Positions 1 to 9,102 of a stretch of 64,000 nucleotides of DNA are shown here, one piece after another (the stretch's first letter is position 1; each line of letters starts with the position of its first letter). The position numbers were made by a program, and so were the translations under genes. The DNA is taken from contig JAGWAO010000006.1 in the NCBI GenBank assembly GCA_021296315.1, positions 8,977 to 72,976 on the forward strand, written 5' to 3'. The DNA is from Acidimicrobiia bacterium. Its GTDB lineage: Bacteria; Actinomycetota; Acidimicrobiia; Acidimicrobiales; Aldehydirespiratoraceae. The notes beneath the pieces were generated by a model that was given only the letters and a program-made list of their open reading frames with translations, did no database searches and had not been told where the DNA came from.

Positions 1-3
1 AGG

Positions 4-1914
4 GTGGACGTGACCCTGCGACGCGACGGATCGATCGAGGTGTCCGACAACGGTCGCGGCATCCCCGTAGACAGGCATCCCGACCGTGATGTGTCGGCTC
101 TCGAGGTGGTGTTCACTGAACTTCATGCCGGCGGGAAGTTCGGCGAGGGCGCCTACAAGGCGTCGGGCGGGCTGCACGGCGTGGGAGCGTCGGTCGTCAA
201 CGCCCTGTCCGCCCGTCTCGATGTGGAAGTGCGCCGAGACGGGTACTTCCACGAGCTGAGCTTCAAGGATCAGGAGCCCGGCCACTTCGTTGGCAGCAAG
301 TTCGTGCCGAGCAGCGACGTGCGGCCCGCCAGTCGACGCACCAAGGCAACCGGGACGAGGGTGAGATTCTGGCCGGATGCGGCTCTCTTCCATCCCGATG
401 CACGCATAGACGGCGACGAGGTGCGCAGCCGGGTCAGGCAGATGTGTTACCTGGTGGCGGGTGTGAGGATGACGGTTGCCGACAACCGGATCGGTGAGAG
501 TGTCGAGCCCTTCGACTTCGTGAGCAGGGGTGGTCTCGCCGACCTGGTGAAGGAGCGCTCCGAACGGTCCGGCGAGGACGCCGTCAGCGGGGTGATCACG
601 ATCAACGGCATAGAGCGCTTCACCGAGAAGGTCCCCGTCGACGGCAAGATCACCGAGGTTGAGAGGGAGTGCACCGTCGACATCGCGCTCCGCTGGGTGT
701 CGGGATACGACAGCGATGTGGAGTCGTTCGTGAACACGATCCCCACCAGTTCCGGCGGTACCCACCTCGCCGGGTTCGACAAGGCGCTGACGCGGGTGGT
801 CAACGGGGTCCTGCTCAAGGACAACCGCAAGCTGGCCCGCCTGGCCCGCGACGCCAGCGGGTCGGGCGCCAAGAACGGGCGGAGCAGCGCGGCCAAGACC
901 AGTGCCACCAAAGACGACGTGCGCGAGGGCCTGGTGGCGGCGGTCAAGGTGACCTTCTCGGAGCCGCAGTTCCGAGGCCAGACCAAACAGGAACTGGGTA
1001 CGCCGGCTATCGAGGGCATCGTGGCCAGGATCACCTATGAGCAGCTCAAGGAGTGGTTCGAGCCCGGAGGCGGCCCTCGCTCGCAGGTCAAGGCCATCGG
1101 CGACAAGCTGGCCGCCGCGGTAGTGAACCGCGTCGCTTCCAAGCAGATGCTCGACACCAAGCGCAAGGCGGCGAGCCTCGGCTCCACCGGCATGCCGGAC
1201 AAGCTGGCCGACTGCCGCATACATGGTCCCGAAGCCGAGCTGGTCCTGGTGGAGGGCGACTCGGCCGCAGGCCCGGCCAAGCGGGGCCGCGACTCGGAGT
1301 TCATGGCCATCCTGCCGCTGCGGGGCAAGATCGTGAACGCGGCCAAGGCGAGCCCCAAGCAGGTTCTCGACAACACCGAGGCCCAGGCCATCTTCACCGC
1401 TATGGGCGCCGGCGCGGGCGACGCCTTCGACATCGACGCCGCTCGCTACGGCCGGATCGTCATCCTGTGCGACGCAGACGTCGACGGCAGCCACATCCGC
1501 TGCCTGTTGCTGACCTTGATCCACGGGTACATGAGGGAGATGCTCGTTCAGGGCCGCGTCTTCTCGGCGCAGCCGCCGCTGTACACCGCCAAGGTCGGGG
1601 ACCGGACCTACCGGGTCTATTCCGACGATGAGCGCGATCGGATCACCGACGAACTCTGCCGGGGCAATCGCAGGGCTGAGAGCGTCAAGTGGCAGCGCTT
1701 CAAGGGCTTGGGGGAGATGAACACCGACGAACTCCGGCACTGTGCGCTGGATCCTGCGACGCGGACCCTGCGCCGACTCACCATGGCCGACGTACAGCAG
1801 GCCGACGCCGCGGCCGAGATGTTCGACGTTCTGATGGGCAGCGACGTGGCGTTGCGTCGCGACTATCTGGTCGAGAACTCCTCCCTGGTGGACGAGACGA
1901 CCCTCGACATCTAG
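4..1914 (+). CDS. type IIA DNA topoisomerase subunit B (GyrB/ParE family), 5'-truncated by window edge
   Basis: ORF open to the window edge. Motifs: ATP-lid GLHGVGASVVNALS, QTKQELG, Toprim EGDSAAG..LPLRGKIVN and DADVDGSHIRCLLLT, C-terminal KGLGEMN..LMGSDVALRRDYL. No A subunit follows downstream. Confidence 0.9.
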   Translation: MDVTLRRDGSIEVSDNGRGIPVDRHPDRDVSALEVVFTELHAGGKFGEGAYKASGGLHGVGASVVNALSARLDVEVRRDGYFHELSFKDQEPGHFVGSKFVPSSDVRPASRRTKATGTRVRFWPDAALFHPDARIDGDEVRSRVRQMCYLVAGVRMTVADNRIGESVEPFDFVSRGGLADLVKERSERSGEDAVSGVITINGIERFTEKVPVDGKITEVERECTVDIALRWVSGYDSDVESFVNTIPTSSGGTHLAGFDKALTRVVNGVLLKDNRKLARLARDASGSGAKNGRSSAAKTSATKDDVREGLVAAVKVTFSEPQFRGQTKQELGTPAIEGIVARITYEQLKEWFEPGGGPRSQVKAIGDKLAAAVVNRVASKQMLDTKRKAASLGSTGMPDKLADCRIHGPEAELVLVEGDSAAGPAKRGRDSEFMAILPLRGKIVNAAKASPKQVLDNTEAQAIFTAMGAGAGDAFDIDAARYGRIVILCDADVDGSHIRCLLLTLIHGYMREMLVQGRVFSAQPPLYTAKVGDRTYRVYSDDERDRITDELCRGNRRAESVKWQRFKGLGEMNTDELRHCALDPATRTLRRLTMADVQQADAAAEMFDVLMGSDVALRRDYLVENSSLVDETTLDI

Positions 1915-1984
1915 CCGCAAGCCCGCTCCCGACGGCTACCCGGACATCCCCGCGGTTGTCACACCGATGAGCTAGAACGGCGGC

Positions 1985-2875
1985 ATGCAGCTCGCGTTCG
2001 ACCCTGCCGACATGCTCGACCCGGCAGGCGTCGGAGCGGTCGGCGAGGACGGCCACCCGAGCCCGCCGCAGCGGCTGTCACCGTCGGGTGCGGCGACCTT
2101 CGACCAGTGCCCCCGCCGCTGGCGGTTCCGTTATGTGGACCGCCTGCCGGATCCCCCGGGTGCGGACGCCTTGGTCGGCACGTTTGCCCATCGAGTGCTC
2201 GAGCACCTGATGCAGCAGCATCCGAGCCGGCGCAACAAGGACGACGCCCGCCGGATTGCGAGGGCATCGTGGCCGGAGATGTCGGGCAGCGACGACTATC
2301 GCGATCTGGAACTCGATGAAGAGCAGGCACGGAAGTTCCGCTGGCGGGCATGGAGAGCTATCGAGGGCCTGTGGGACCTCGAGGACCCGGCCGGCGTGGA
2401 TGTGCGGGCCACAGAGCAGCAAGTGTCGGTGACGCTGGACGGCGTGCCCTTCCGGGGCGTCGTGGACCGAGTCGAATCCGAGCCGGACGGACTCGTGATC
2501 AGCGACTACAAGTCGGGCCGGGCCCCGACGGCGCGCTACGCACCCGGCCGGCTGCAGCAAGTGTTGCTCTACGCGGCGGCCGTAGCCGAGGAGACGGGCG
2601 AACGGCCGGTGAGGGCGCGGCTGCTGTATCTGGGCCAGAAGATCGTGGCGACTGGCGTTACGCCCGTCGAGCTTGGAGGCGCGGTCGAGCAGTTGAAGTC
2701 AACGTGGGATGCAATCGGGGACGCCTGTCACACCGATGACTTCTCGGCCCGGCCCGGACCGCTCTGCGACTACTGCCCGTACGCCGAACTCTGCCCCGAG
2801 GGTCAGGCTGAGAGAACCCGGCGATCAGAGTTGCGAGCCGCCGAGGAGGAGAACCTGTTGAAGCTGGCCGGCTAG
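1985..2875 (+). CDS. PD-(D/E)XK nuclease superfamily protein (RecB/AddB/Cas4-like, 4-Cys cluster)
   Basis: N-terminal SPSGAATFDQCPRRWRFRYV, central GVVDRVE..VISDYKSG nuclease core, C-terminal CDYCPYAELC. This gives the C...CxxCxxxxxC pattern. Confidence 0.75.
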   Translation: MQLAFDPADMLDPAGVGAVGEDGHPSPPQRLSPSGAATFDQCPRRWRFRYVDRLPDPPGADALVGTFAHRVLEHLMQQHPSRRNKDDARRIARASWPEMSGSDDYRDLELDEEQARKFRWRAWRAIEGLWDLEDPAGVDVRATEQQVSVTLDGVPFRGVVDRVESEPDGLVISDYKSGRAPTARYAPGRLQQVLLYAAAVAEETGERPVRARLLYLGQKIVATGVTPVELGGAVEQLKSTWDAIGDACHTDDFSARPGPLCDYCPYAELCPEGQAERTRRSELRAAEEENLLKLAG

Positions 2876-3147
2876 CGAGCGCGGCGCTTCCAGAGCTTCC
2901 ACAGCAACCGCAGAGCCACCAGACCTACCGCTGCGCCCAGCACGGTGGAGATCCCCACCGAGTACAACAGCCTCTCGCTCCAGGCGTTGGGAGGTTCGGC
3001 CGCCACGCCTCCACTCGCAGCCGGAGGGGGTTTGTCCGCGTTGGGTTGCGGCCGGTCGTCCACAGGGTCAAGGAGGCTGTCGACGATCGAGGTGCCGTGC
3101 CCGTTGGGCCGGTAGCGGGGCTGGTCTCGCTGGGGGTCATAGACCAT
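2872..3147 (-). CDS. small tail-anchored membrane protein, hypothetical
   Basis: 91-aa ORF whose ATG overlaps the parA-like stop by 11 nt. Pro-rich N half, then a single C-terminal TM (LLYSVGISTVLGAAVGLVALRLLW) followed by KLWKRRAR. Confidence 0.4.
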   Translation of the reverse strand: MVYDPQRDQPRYRPNGHGTSIVDSLLDPVDDRPQPNADKPPPAASGGVAAEPPNAWSERLLYSVGISTVLGAAVGLVALRLLWKLWKRRAR

Positions 3148-3952
3148 TGCGATCCTCCGGGCCGCCTACTCCGACCACCAGATCGTAGATGAGATCGAAC
3201 TCCGCGCACGCTTCGGCTGCGCCCCGGCGGGGCGGAAGCGCGTGTATGGGAAGCGAGCGTGCCGCGGCCTCGGCCACTGCAGCCCGCAGCCGGACCGGCG
3301 GCAGCACCAGCCGGCCGTGGTCAGAAATGAGCTGTTCGTTCCAGTAACGGGAGTCGCGGGTCCGGGCGAGGCGATTGACGGCCACTCCCGACACAGCGAG
3401 GCCTGACGGCTTCCTGGTGGCGACACGCTCGATGGTCCGCATGATCTCGCTGACCCCGTCGGAGGCCCAGGCGCTGGGCTCGGTCACCACCAGGGCTGCG
3501 TCCGCCGCGAACAAGGCGTTGATCGTCAGGAGTCCCAGCGACGGGGGACAGTCGATCAGCACGAGGTCCTGGTAGCCCGACAGCGCCACCCGGAGGCGGT
3601 CCTGAGCGCCAACGGGGTCGGAGAGCAACTGCCGCTCCCGGCCCGCAAGCGCCGGAGCGGACGCCACCACCTTGGGAGGGAGGCCTTTATCGTCGGGCCA
3701 TCCCGACGGAACCGCCAGCTTCGCGACGGCTCCAGGCCGGTCGGCGGCCAGGGCCTCGTCCACGTTGGTGGCGGATGCCCAAACATCGAGTCCAGTGGTC
3801 GCGTTCCCCTGAGGATCCAGGTCGATCACAAGGCTTGGAACACGTCGCGCCCAGGCAGCCGATGCCAGCCCGAGGGCGGTCGTTGTCTTGCCGACTCCGC
3901 CCTTCTGGTTGACTAGAGCGATCACTGGCACGCCTGCACGGTAGCCAAGCAT
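3137..3952 (-). CDS. ParA/Soj-family ATPase (orphan, no ParB nearby)
   Basis: Start placed at ATG 3952 (MLGYRAGVPVIALVNQKGGVGKTTT, deviant Walker A). Also DLDPQGN and LIDCPPSLG. The longer track ORF up to 4267 is R/Q-rich and overlaps the divergent transporter gene. Confidence 0.85.
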   Translation of the reverse strand: MLGYRAGVPVIALVNQKGGVGKTTTALGLASAAWARRVPSLVIDLDPQGNATTGLDVWASATNVDEALAADRPGAVAKLAVPSGWPDDKGLPPKVVASAPALAGRERQLLSDPVGAQDRLRVALSGYQDLVLIDCPPSLGLLTINALFAADAALVVTEPSAWASDGVSEIMRTIERVATRKPSGLAVSGVAVNRLARTRDSRYWNEQLISDHGRLVLPPVRLRAAVAEAAARSLPIHALPPRRGAAEACAEFDLIYDLVVGVGGPEDRNGL

Positions 3953-4009
3953 GGTGATGCCACGCGCAACATCGCGCCGAAGCTCCTTTCGACGGAGCAC
4001 ACTTGCTAC

Positions 4010-5251
4010 ATGGCTGCACGCGGTCGCATCAGCCAGGCGCTGTTGAGGGCAGGCTCGCGCTGGGCGCGCGACCTGCTGACGGTGCGCAGCGCCTTCGCGG
4101 CGCTGGTGATGGCTGCAATCGCCAGCCTGGTCGCCGGCCTGATCCTGGCGTCGATCACCGACACGCTGGAGGAATTGCCGGGTTTGTTGCTGCTGGTGCC
4201 GGCGGCGATCGCGGTGAAGGGCAACATCTTCGGGGCGCTGGGCAGCCGGCTGGGCACCGCCATCCATGCCGGCACATTCCGGCTGTCGAACCGGTGGGAC
4301 TCGGTGATGGCGGAGAACGCGGTCGCGTCGGTAACGCTGAGCCTCCTGCTGGGCGTGGCGTTGGCGATCATGGCCAAGGGCGCCGCGCTGGCCTTCAACA
4401 TCTCCCCGACGATGAGCCTCGCCGATTTCGTGGTGATCTCAGCGCTGGGGTGCCTGATAGCCGCCTTCGTGGTGCTGGCGATCACTCTGGCGACCACGGC
4501 CGGCGCGGTCCGATTCGGATGGGATCTGGACAACGTGGTCGCACCGATGGTGACGGTCGCGGGGGATGTGGTGACCCTGCCGTCGCTGGTGGTGGCGGCC
4601 GAGCTAGCCGGGTTCAAGATTCTCACGCCGTCGGTTGCGTGGGCGCTGGGCGTGCTGGCGGCCCTCTCGGCGGTGTGGGCTCTTCGAAGCGGGCTGATGG
4701 AGTTGCGCAAGATCATGCGCGAGTCGATACCCGTGCTGATCGCGGCGGGCATGCTCGACCTGGTGGCCGGGATCACGGTGGAGAAGCGCATCGAGGACTT
4801 TGTTGCCTTCCCGGTGCTGCTCGTTCTGCTGCCGGGCTACCTGGCCACGGCCGGAGCGCTCGGGGGTGTGCTGTCGAGCCGCCTGTCCACCAAGCTGCAT
4901 CTCGGCCTGGCCAGGCCCTCAGTAGTGCCCTCGGGAGAGGCGAGAGTCGATCTCGCCACCACTTTCGCAATGGCGATTCCGGTGTTCGCGCTGCTCGGCC
5001 TGGTGTCGTCGATCGCGGCCGGCCTGACGGGCCATGCCGGCCCTTCGCTGGCAGATCTGGTCGCGGTGGCTGTGCTCGGCGGCCTGCTGGCCACCGTGCT
5101 GATTGTGGTGGTTGCCTATTACGGAACGCTTGCAGCCGTGCGGTTCGGAGTCGACCCCGACACCTACGGCATTCCCATGGTCACGTCCTCGCTGGACTTG
5201 GCCGGGGCGTTCACCCTGATCGTCTCGGTGGTCCTGGTGGGCGTGGTCTAG
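4010..5251 (+). CDS. MgtE/SLC41-like divalent cation transporter (two MgtE membrane repeats, no cytosolic CBS domain)
   Basis: Two internal repeats carry the MgtE signature: PAAIAVKGNIFGALGSRLGTAIHAG and LPGYLATAGALGGVLSSRLSTKLHLG. Polytopic hydrophobic profile. Confidence 0.7.
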   Translation: MAARGRISQALLRAGSRWARDLLTVRSAFAALVMAAIASLVAGLILASITDTLEELPGLLLLVPAAIAVKGNIFGALGSRLGTAIHAGTFRLSNRWDSVMAENAVASVTLSLLLGVALAIMAKGAALAFNISPTMSLADFVVISALGCLIAAFVVLAITLATTAGAVRFGWDLDNVVAPMVTVAGDVVTLPSLVVAAELAGFKILTPSVAWALGVLAALSAVWALRSGLMELRKIMRESIPVLIAAGMLDLVAGITVEKRIEDFVAFPVLLVLLPGYLATAGALGGVLSSRLSTKLHLGLARPSVVPSGEARVDLATTFAMAIPVFALLGLVSSIAAGLTGHAGPSLADLVAVAVLGGLLATVLIVVVAYYGTLAAVRFGVDPDTYGIPMVTSSLDLAGAFTLIVSVVLVGVV

Positions 5252-5348
5252 AGGCCGAGTGGGAGGGAGCTCCTAATGAGAGTCTTCGCGACAATCCGAG
5301 CGAGGCCGTGGCCCGAGCGGCCCGTGAGCGAAGCGAACAAGAGCGGGC
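5248..5348 (+). repeat. modular interspersed repeat, copy A
   Basis: ctagaggccgagtgggagggagc, a spacer, then cgagcgaggccgtggcccgagcggcccgtgagcgaagcgaacaagagcggg. The first TAG is the stop of the MgtE-like gene. Confidence 0.9.
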
Positions 5349-5405
5349 ACTACTGACAGGCAAGGTGTCGCGCTTGAGACCTACGATGACTTGAGGAGGG
5401 ACCTG

Positions 5406-6647
5406 ATGGATGACAGACCTCGCAACTTGCGGGAGATGCTGGCCGAGGCCAAGGACACCTCCGAGCTGATGGTGGACCTGGCTTACGCCGCGCTCTACTT
5501 CGGTGACCCCGACATGGCCGACGAGGTGGGCGCGCTCGAGGAGCGGATGAGCCACCTCGTGCAGGACATGAGAGCGGTGTGCATCCTGGCCGTGCGCCAC
5601 CCCCGCGACGCCGACGGCATGTCATCGGTCCTTCAGGTGGTCTCCGCTATCGAGCGCATCGCCAATGACGCGGTCGACATTGCCCGTATCGTCACCCACC
5701 GGGTCGGCATACCGGCCGAGCTCGTGGCTGACCTGAGTGCGGCCGAGGAGGTGTCGCACCGGGTGTTGGTCTCGGACGGCTCGCTTCTCGCCCACCGCCG
5801 CCTGGCCGACCACGAGATGCCGGCCAAGATGGGTATGCGGGTAATGGCGGTGCGTCGGGAGCGCGAGTGGATCACCGATGTGGGAGGCGACACGGTTCTC
5901 GTTCCCGATGACGTGCTGTTTCTGCGGGGTTCGCCCGACGGCATCGACGAGTTGCGCAGCCTGGCCGGATCTCCGGACTGGATGCCGCCGGAGGAGCCCG
6001 ACGGTCCGATCGCCACCGACCTCGACCGTGCGGTGGACGTGCTGGTTGAGATGAAGGACCTCTCGGAGGTGGCTGTCGGCTTGGCCTACTCGTCGCTGGT
6101 GCTGCGGGACGAGAGCCTTGCCGCTGAGGTGCGTCACCTCGAGGACCGCCTTGACGAGATGAAGGACCGTCTGGAGGAGTGGGTGCTGCGCGCCGCCAGG
6201 GAACACGGGGACCACTCAGGTTTGCGGGGGTTGCTGCACCTGTCGCAGGCGGCGGAGGATCTGGGCGACCAGGCTCAGCAGATGGTGTGGATCATCGAGC
6301 GCCAGGAGCAGATCCACCCGATATTGGCCGTCGCTCTCGGCGACAGCGACGAAGTGGTGGCGCACATACCGGTGGCGGAGGGCTGCGCGGTCGACGGCAG
6401 GACGCTGGCCGACCTGAGGCTGAACATCGAGCCCGGCTTCACCGTGCTGGCGATCCGCCGTGGGGGCCAGTACCGCTACCGGCCGCGCGGCGAGGTACAG
6501 CTTGCGCCCGGAGATGCTCTAATCGCTAGCGGCCCAGACGAGGGGCGAGATCGGCTGGCCGAGATGTGTGGCTGGCGGCTCATCAACAGAGACGACGACA
6601 CCGCGATGGTCTTCGAGCCGTTGGATGAGAGTCTGCCGACTGCCTAG
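5406..6647 (+). CDS. PhoU-like / TrkA-C (RCK_C) domain regulatory protein, duplicated architecture
   Basis: ATG 5406 lies 6 nt after GAGGAGGG. Two copies of a helical PhoU-like segment (LMVDLAYAALYF.., DLSEVAVGLAYSSLVL..), each followed by a TrkA-C-like segment (..GDTVLVPDDVLFLRGSPDGIDEL, ..LAPGDALIASGPDEG). Confidence 0.7.
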   Translation: MDDRPRNLREMLAEAKDTSELMVDLAYAALYFGDPDMADEVGALEERMSHLVQDMRAVCILAVRHPRDADGMSSVLQVVSAIERIANDAVDIARIVTHRVGIPAELVADLSAAEEVSHRVLVSDGSLLAHRRLADHEMPAKMGMRVMAVRREREWITDVGGDTVLVPDDVLFLRGSPDGIDELRSLAGSPDWMPPEEPDGPIATDLDRAVDVLVEMKDLSEVAVGLAYSSLVLRDESLAAEVRHLEDRLDEMKDRLEEWVLRAAREHGDHSGLRGLLHLSQAAEDLGDQAQQMVWIIERQEQIHPILAVALGDSDEVVAHIPVAEGCAVDGRTLADLRLNIEPGFTVLAIRRGGQYRYRPRGEVQLAPGDALIASGPDEGRDRLAEMCGWRLINRDDDTAMVFEPLDESLPTA

Positions 6648-6713
6648 TGGCCCGGCGAGGACGCAGACCGGTGCAGCGCGCTGCAACGCGCTGCGGCGCT
6701 AGCTTCACCGGCC

Positions 6714-7595
6714 ATGGTGACTCCCGCCAGCCGGCTCTGCATGCTCACCGTTCACGCCCATCCCGATGACGAGGCTTCCAAGGGCGCGCCCACGGTGGCC
6801 CGCTACCACGCCGAGGGCGTGCGCACCGTGCTGGTGTGCTGTACGGGAGGAGAGGAGGGCGAGATCCTCAACCCTGCGCTGGACAAGCCCTCGATGGCCG
6901 ACAAGCTGGCCGAGATTCGCGCCGAGGAACTGGCTCGGGCCGCGTCAGTGATCGGCTACGACGAGGTGGTGATGCTCGGGTATCGCGACTCGGGTATGGA
7001 AGGGTCGGAGGCCAACGCCCACCCCGACTGCTTCGCCAATGCCGACCTGGAGGAAGCCGTAAGCCGCCTCGTCTCCGTGATCCGCCAGCACCGGCCCCAG
7101 GTGATCGTGACCTATCCCGAGGATCAGGGCGGCTACATGCACCCGGACCACATGCGGGTTCACGACATCTCCGTTCCCGCCTTCGAGCGCGCCGACAACC
7201 CCCAGTATCGCCCCGACTTGGGCGAGCCTTGGTCGCCGGCCAAGCTCTACTACACGCTCTGGTCCCGCAAGCGCATCGAGGAGCGACATCAGGCGTTCAA
7301 GGATCTTGGCTTGAAGTCGCCGTACAGCAAGTGGTGGTTCAAGCGCCCTTCCACCGACGACCTGATCACCACTCAGGTTCCCGTGGACGGGTTCATCGAT
7401 GCGCGCATCGAGGGACTGCTGGCCCACGCGACCCAGATCGATCCCGAGTCGACCTTCTGGTTCGGATTGCCCCCGGAGGTCGAGCGTTCCATTCACCCTT
7501 ACGACGACTACGTGCTGGCTCGCGGCCCCCGCCCCGCGGCGCTGCCCGAGCGTGATCTGTTCGAGGGCCTGCGGCCCGGCGCGGCCAGCGAGTAG
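6714..7595 (+). CDS. mca: mycothiol S-conjugate amidase
   Basis: LmbE/PIG-L signature VHAHPDDE..CTGGEEGEILNP..GGYMHPDH. Full-length colinearity with actinobacterial Mca, including LYY, AHATQIDP and the C-terminal ELFEG-type tail. Confidence 0.8.
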   Translation: MVTPASRLCMLTVHAHPDDEASKGAPTVARYHAEGVRTVLVCCTGGEEGEILNPALDKPSMADKLAEIRAEELARAASVIGYDEVVMLGYRDSGMEGSEANAHPDCFANADLEEAVSRLVSVIRQHRPQVIVTYPEDQGGYMHPDHMRVHDISVPAFERADNPQYRPDLGEPWSPAKLYYTLWSRKRIEERHQAFKDLGLKSPYSKWWFKRPSTDDLITTQVPVDGFIDARIEGLLAHATQIDPESTFWFGLPPEVERSIHPYDDYVLARGPRPAALPERDLFEGLRPGAASE

Positions 7596-7602
7596 GCCTG
7601 AC

Positions 7603-7977
7603 GTGGCGCCGGAGCCTCTCGGCGAGAGATGGCTGGAGGCCGTAGCGGTCGAACTGGAGGCTGTCGACACTGCCGGCTCAGCAGACGGCGTGGCTCAGGT
7701 CGTCGTGAGCGGCTCGCCGTCAGGAACCGCCCCCTTCCATGTCGTGGTGGCTGACGGTCGCCTTAGCGTGGCGGCCGGACGGCATCCTGAACCGGACATG
7801 GTGCTGTCATGGTCCTACCGGGACTTCGTGCAGGTTTGGCAGGGTGGGCTCTCGCTGGCAACGGCCTACATGTCGGGCCGGATGAAGCTCGAGGGGGACC
7901 AGGTCCTGCTGTTCGATGGATGGCGACCGCTCTTGCGCTCGTCCCAACTCCGGGTGGCTCTCGCCTCTCTGCGCTGA
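7603..7977 (+). CDS. SCP2 sterol-binding domain protein
   Basis: GTG 7603 lies just after the mca stop. C-terminal AYMSGRMKLEGDQVLL is typical of the SCP2 fold. The upstream part of the track ORF overlaps mca out of frame. Confidence 0.6.
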   Translation: MAPEPLGERWLEAVAVELEAVDTAGSADGVAQVVVSGSPSGTAPFHVVVADGRLSVAAGRHPEPDMVLSWSYRDFVQVWQGGLSLATAYMSGRMKLEGDQVLLFDGWRPLLRSSQLRVALASLR

Positions 7978-8055
7978 AGCCGGCGGGCATCGCTTCTGCC
8001 GGCTTCGTGCGGCGCCGATCGTCCGATCTGGCCGCCGGCCAGGAGCGTCCGCAAA

Positions 8056-8192
8056 CTAGTGAGAGTCCGTCGTGTCGCAGCGGTGTCATTCCCGCTCTTG
8101 TTCGCTGCGCTCACGGGCCGCTCGGGCCGCGGCCTCGCTCCGCGCCTCCGCAGAATCGTCCACAGATCGCTCCCTATCCGCTCGGCCTCTAG
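8056..8192 (-). repeat. modular interspersed repeat, copy B (with 3' tail)
   Basis: The reverse complement reads ctagaggccgagcggatagggagc...gagcgaggccgcggcccgagcggcccgtgagcgcagcgaacaagagcgggaatg. It starts 5 nt after the ChbG-like stop on the same strand. Confidence 0.9.
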
Positions 8193-8197
8193 GCAGT

Positions 8198-9037
8198 TCA
8201 GATCCGGTGCCGCGCTCTCCGCTGGGCGCTGCGCAGCGCGTGGTAGCCGACCATTACGGCTCCCGACTGCTGGAGCATTCGGGTCATCTCGGCGGACAGG
8301 GCGAGCGCGAGGTCGTCGACCCGGCCGGCTGCCGCCGGGTCGATGGCGTGGATCTCCGGCTCGTCGAGGGCCGGGCACAGCGATAGCTCGGTGACCCCCG
8401 GTTTCAAGCCGGTCAGTTGCTCGATCACATGACGGCGAGCGTCGCCCCGGACGAGCCGGAAGTGGTCCGGGAAGACGATGCCCTCGGCCGTCGCCAGCGA
8501 TCGGAACGGAAATCCGGCGTTGGCCTCTGCGTCCGCACCCTCGAGCCGCAAGGGCAGGTCGAAGGCGACGGCCAGATCCAGCAGTACGTCGAAGAACTCC
8601 GGACGCTGTTGCAGGGCAGCGAGGTGGGTCGTGAGGTGGGTTACGTCGAATCCCCACAGCACGGCTCGCTCGACCTGGGCGCGGCACTCCCGGCGAACCT
8701 CGTCGAGGTCCGCGTGGTCCCACAGGTCCTGCACCGTGCGGGGGAAGCCGCCGTCTCCGTCGAGCAGGCTCGGAGCGTTGGTGATAGGACCCCACCGGAA
8801 GCAGTCGAGCTCGGAATTGAGCGTGAGGTGGACGCCCAGGTCCTCGCCTCGGTACAGCTCGGAAGCATGGCGGGCCCACGCTCCGGGCATCACTATCGTG
8901 CCGGTCGTGGCCGCGCCGTCGCGCAGCGCCTGATAACCCCCGGCCGTGGAGGAGTGGGTGGTGCCGATCCGGTCCGCGCTCACGATCACGAGCTTCGCGT
9001 CGGGAGGGTGACCTAGTCGCTCTACCAGCGATTCCAC
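8198..9037 (-). CDS. ChbG/HpnK (YdjC) family carbohydrate deacetylase
   Basis: KLVIVSADRIGTTHSS..GVHLTLNSE..HLTTH motifs. Start set at GTG 9037 (MESLVERLG). The alternative ATG 9142 would overlap the upstream nuclease gene by 40 nt and adds an R-rich junk-like N-terminus. Confidence 0.7.
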   Translation of the reverse strand: MESLVERLGHPPDAKLVIVSADRIGTTHSSTAGGYQALRDGAATTGTIVMPGAWARHASELYRGEDLGVHLTLNSELDCFRWGPITNAPSLLDGDGGFPRTVQDLWDHADLDEVRRECRAQVERAVLWGFDVTHLTTHLAALQQRPEFFDVLLDLAVAFDLPLRLEGADAEANAGFPFRSLATAEGIVFPDHFRLVRGDARRHVIEQLTGLKPGVTELSLCPALDEPEIHAIDPAAAGRVDDLALALSAEMTRMLQQSGAVMVGYHALRSAQRRARHRI

Positions 9038-9102
9038 AGCCTTGACGGTACCTGACGCTGGCGCTGGGCCGGTTCGACTCCTGGCCCCACGACCGGTCCG
9101 GG

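Noticed and set aside
5275-5355. Small ORFs inside repeat copies, preceded by the module's GGGAGC (26 codons in copy A, 25 codons in copy B)
   Set aside because: Different copies read the invariant core in different frames (RPWPERPVS in A, EAAARAARERSEQERE in B), and other copies lack a start. A conserved peptide is therefore unlikely. I kept only the SD-start geometry as an observation.
8056-8192. CTAG...CTAG flanks of copy B as a target-site duplication (IS5-type MITE idea)
   Set aside because: Other copies do not show a matching CTAG, or any consistent duplication, at their distal ends. Copy A has CTAC at the equivalent distance. The 3' boundary of the family is fuzzy.
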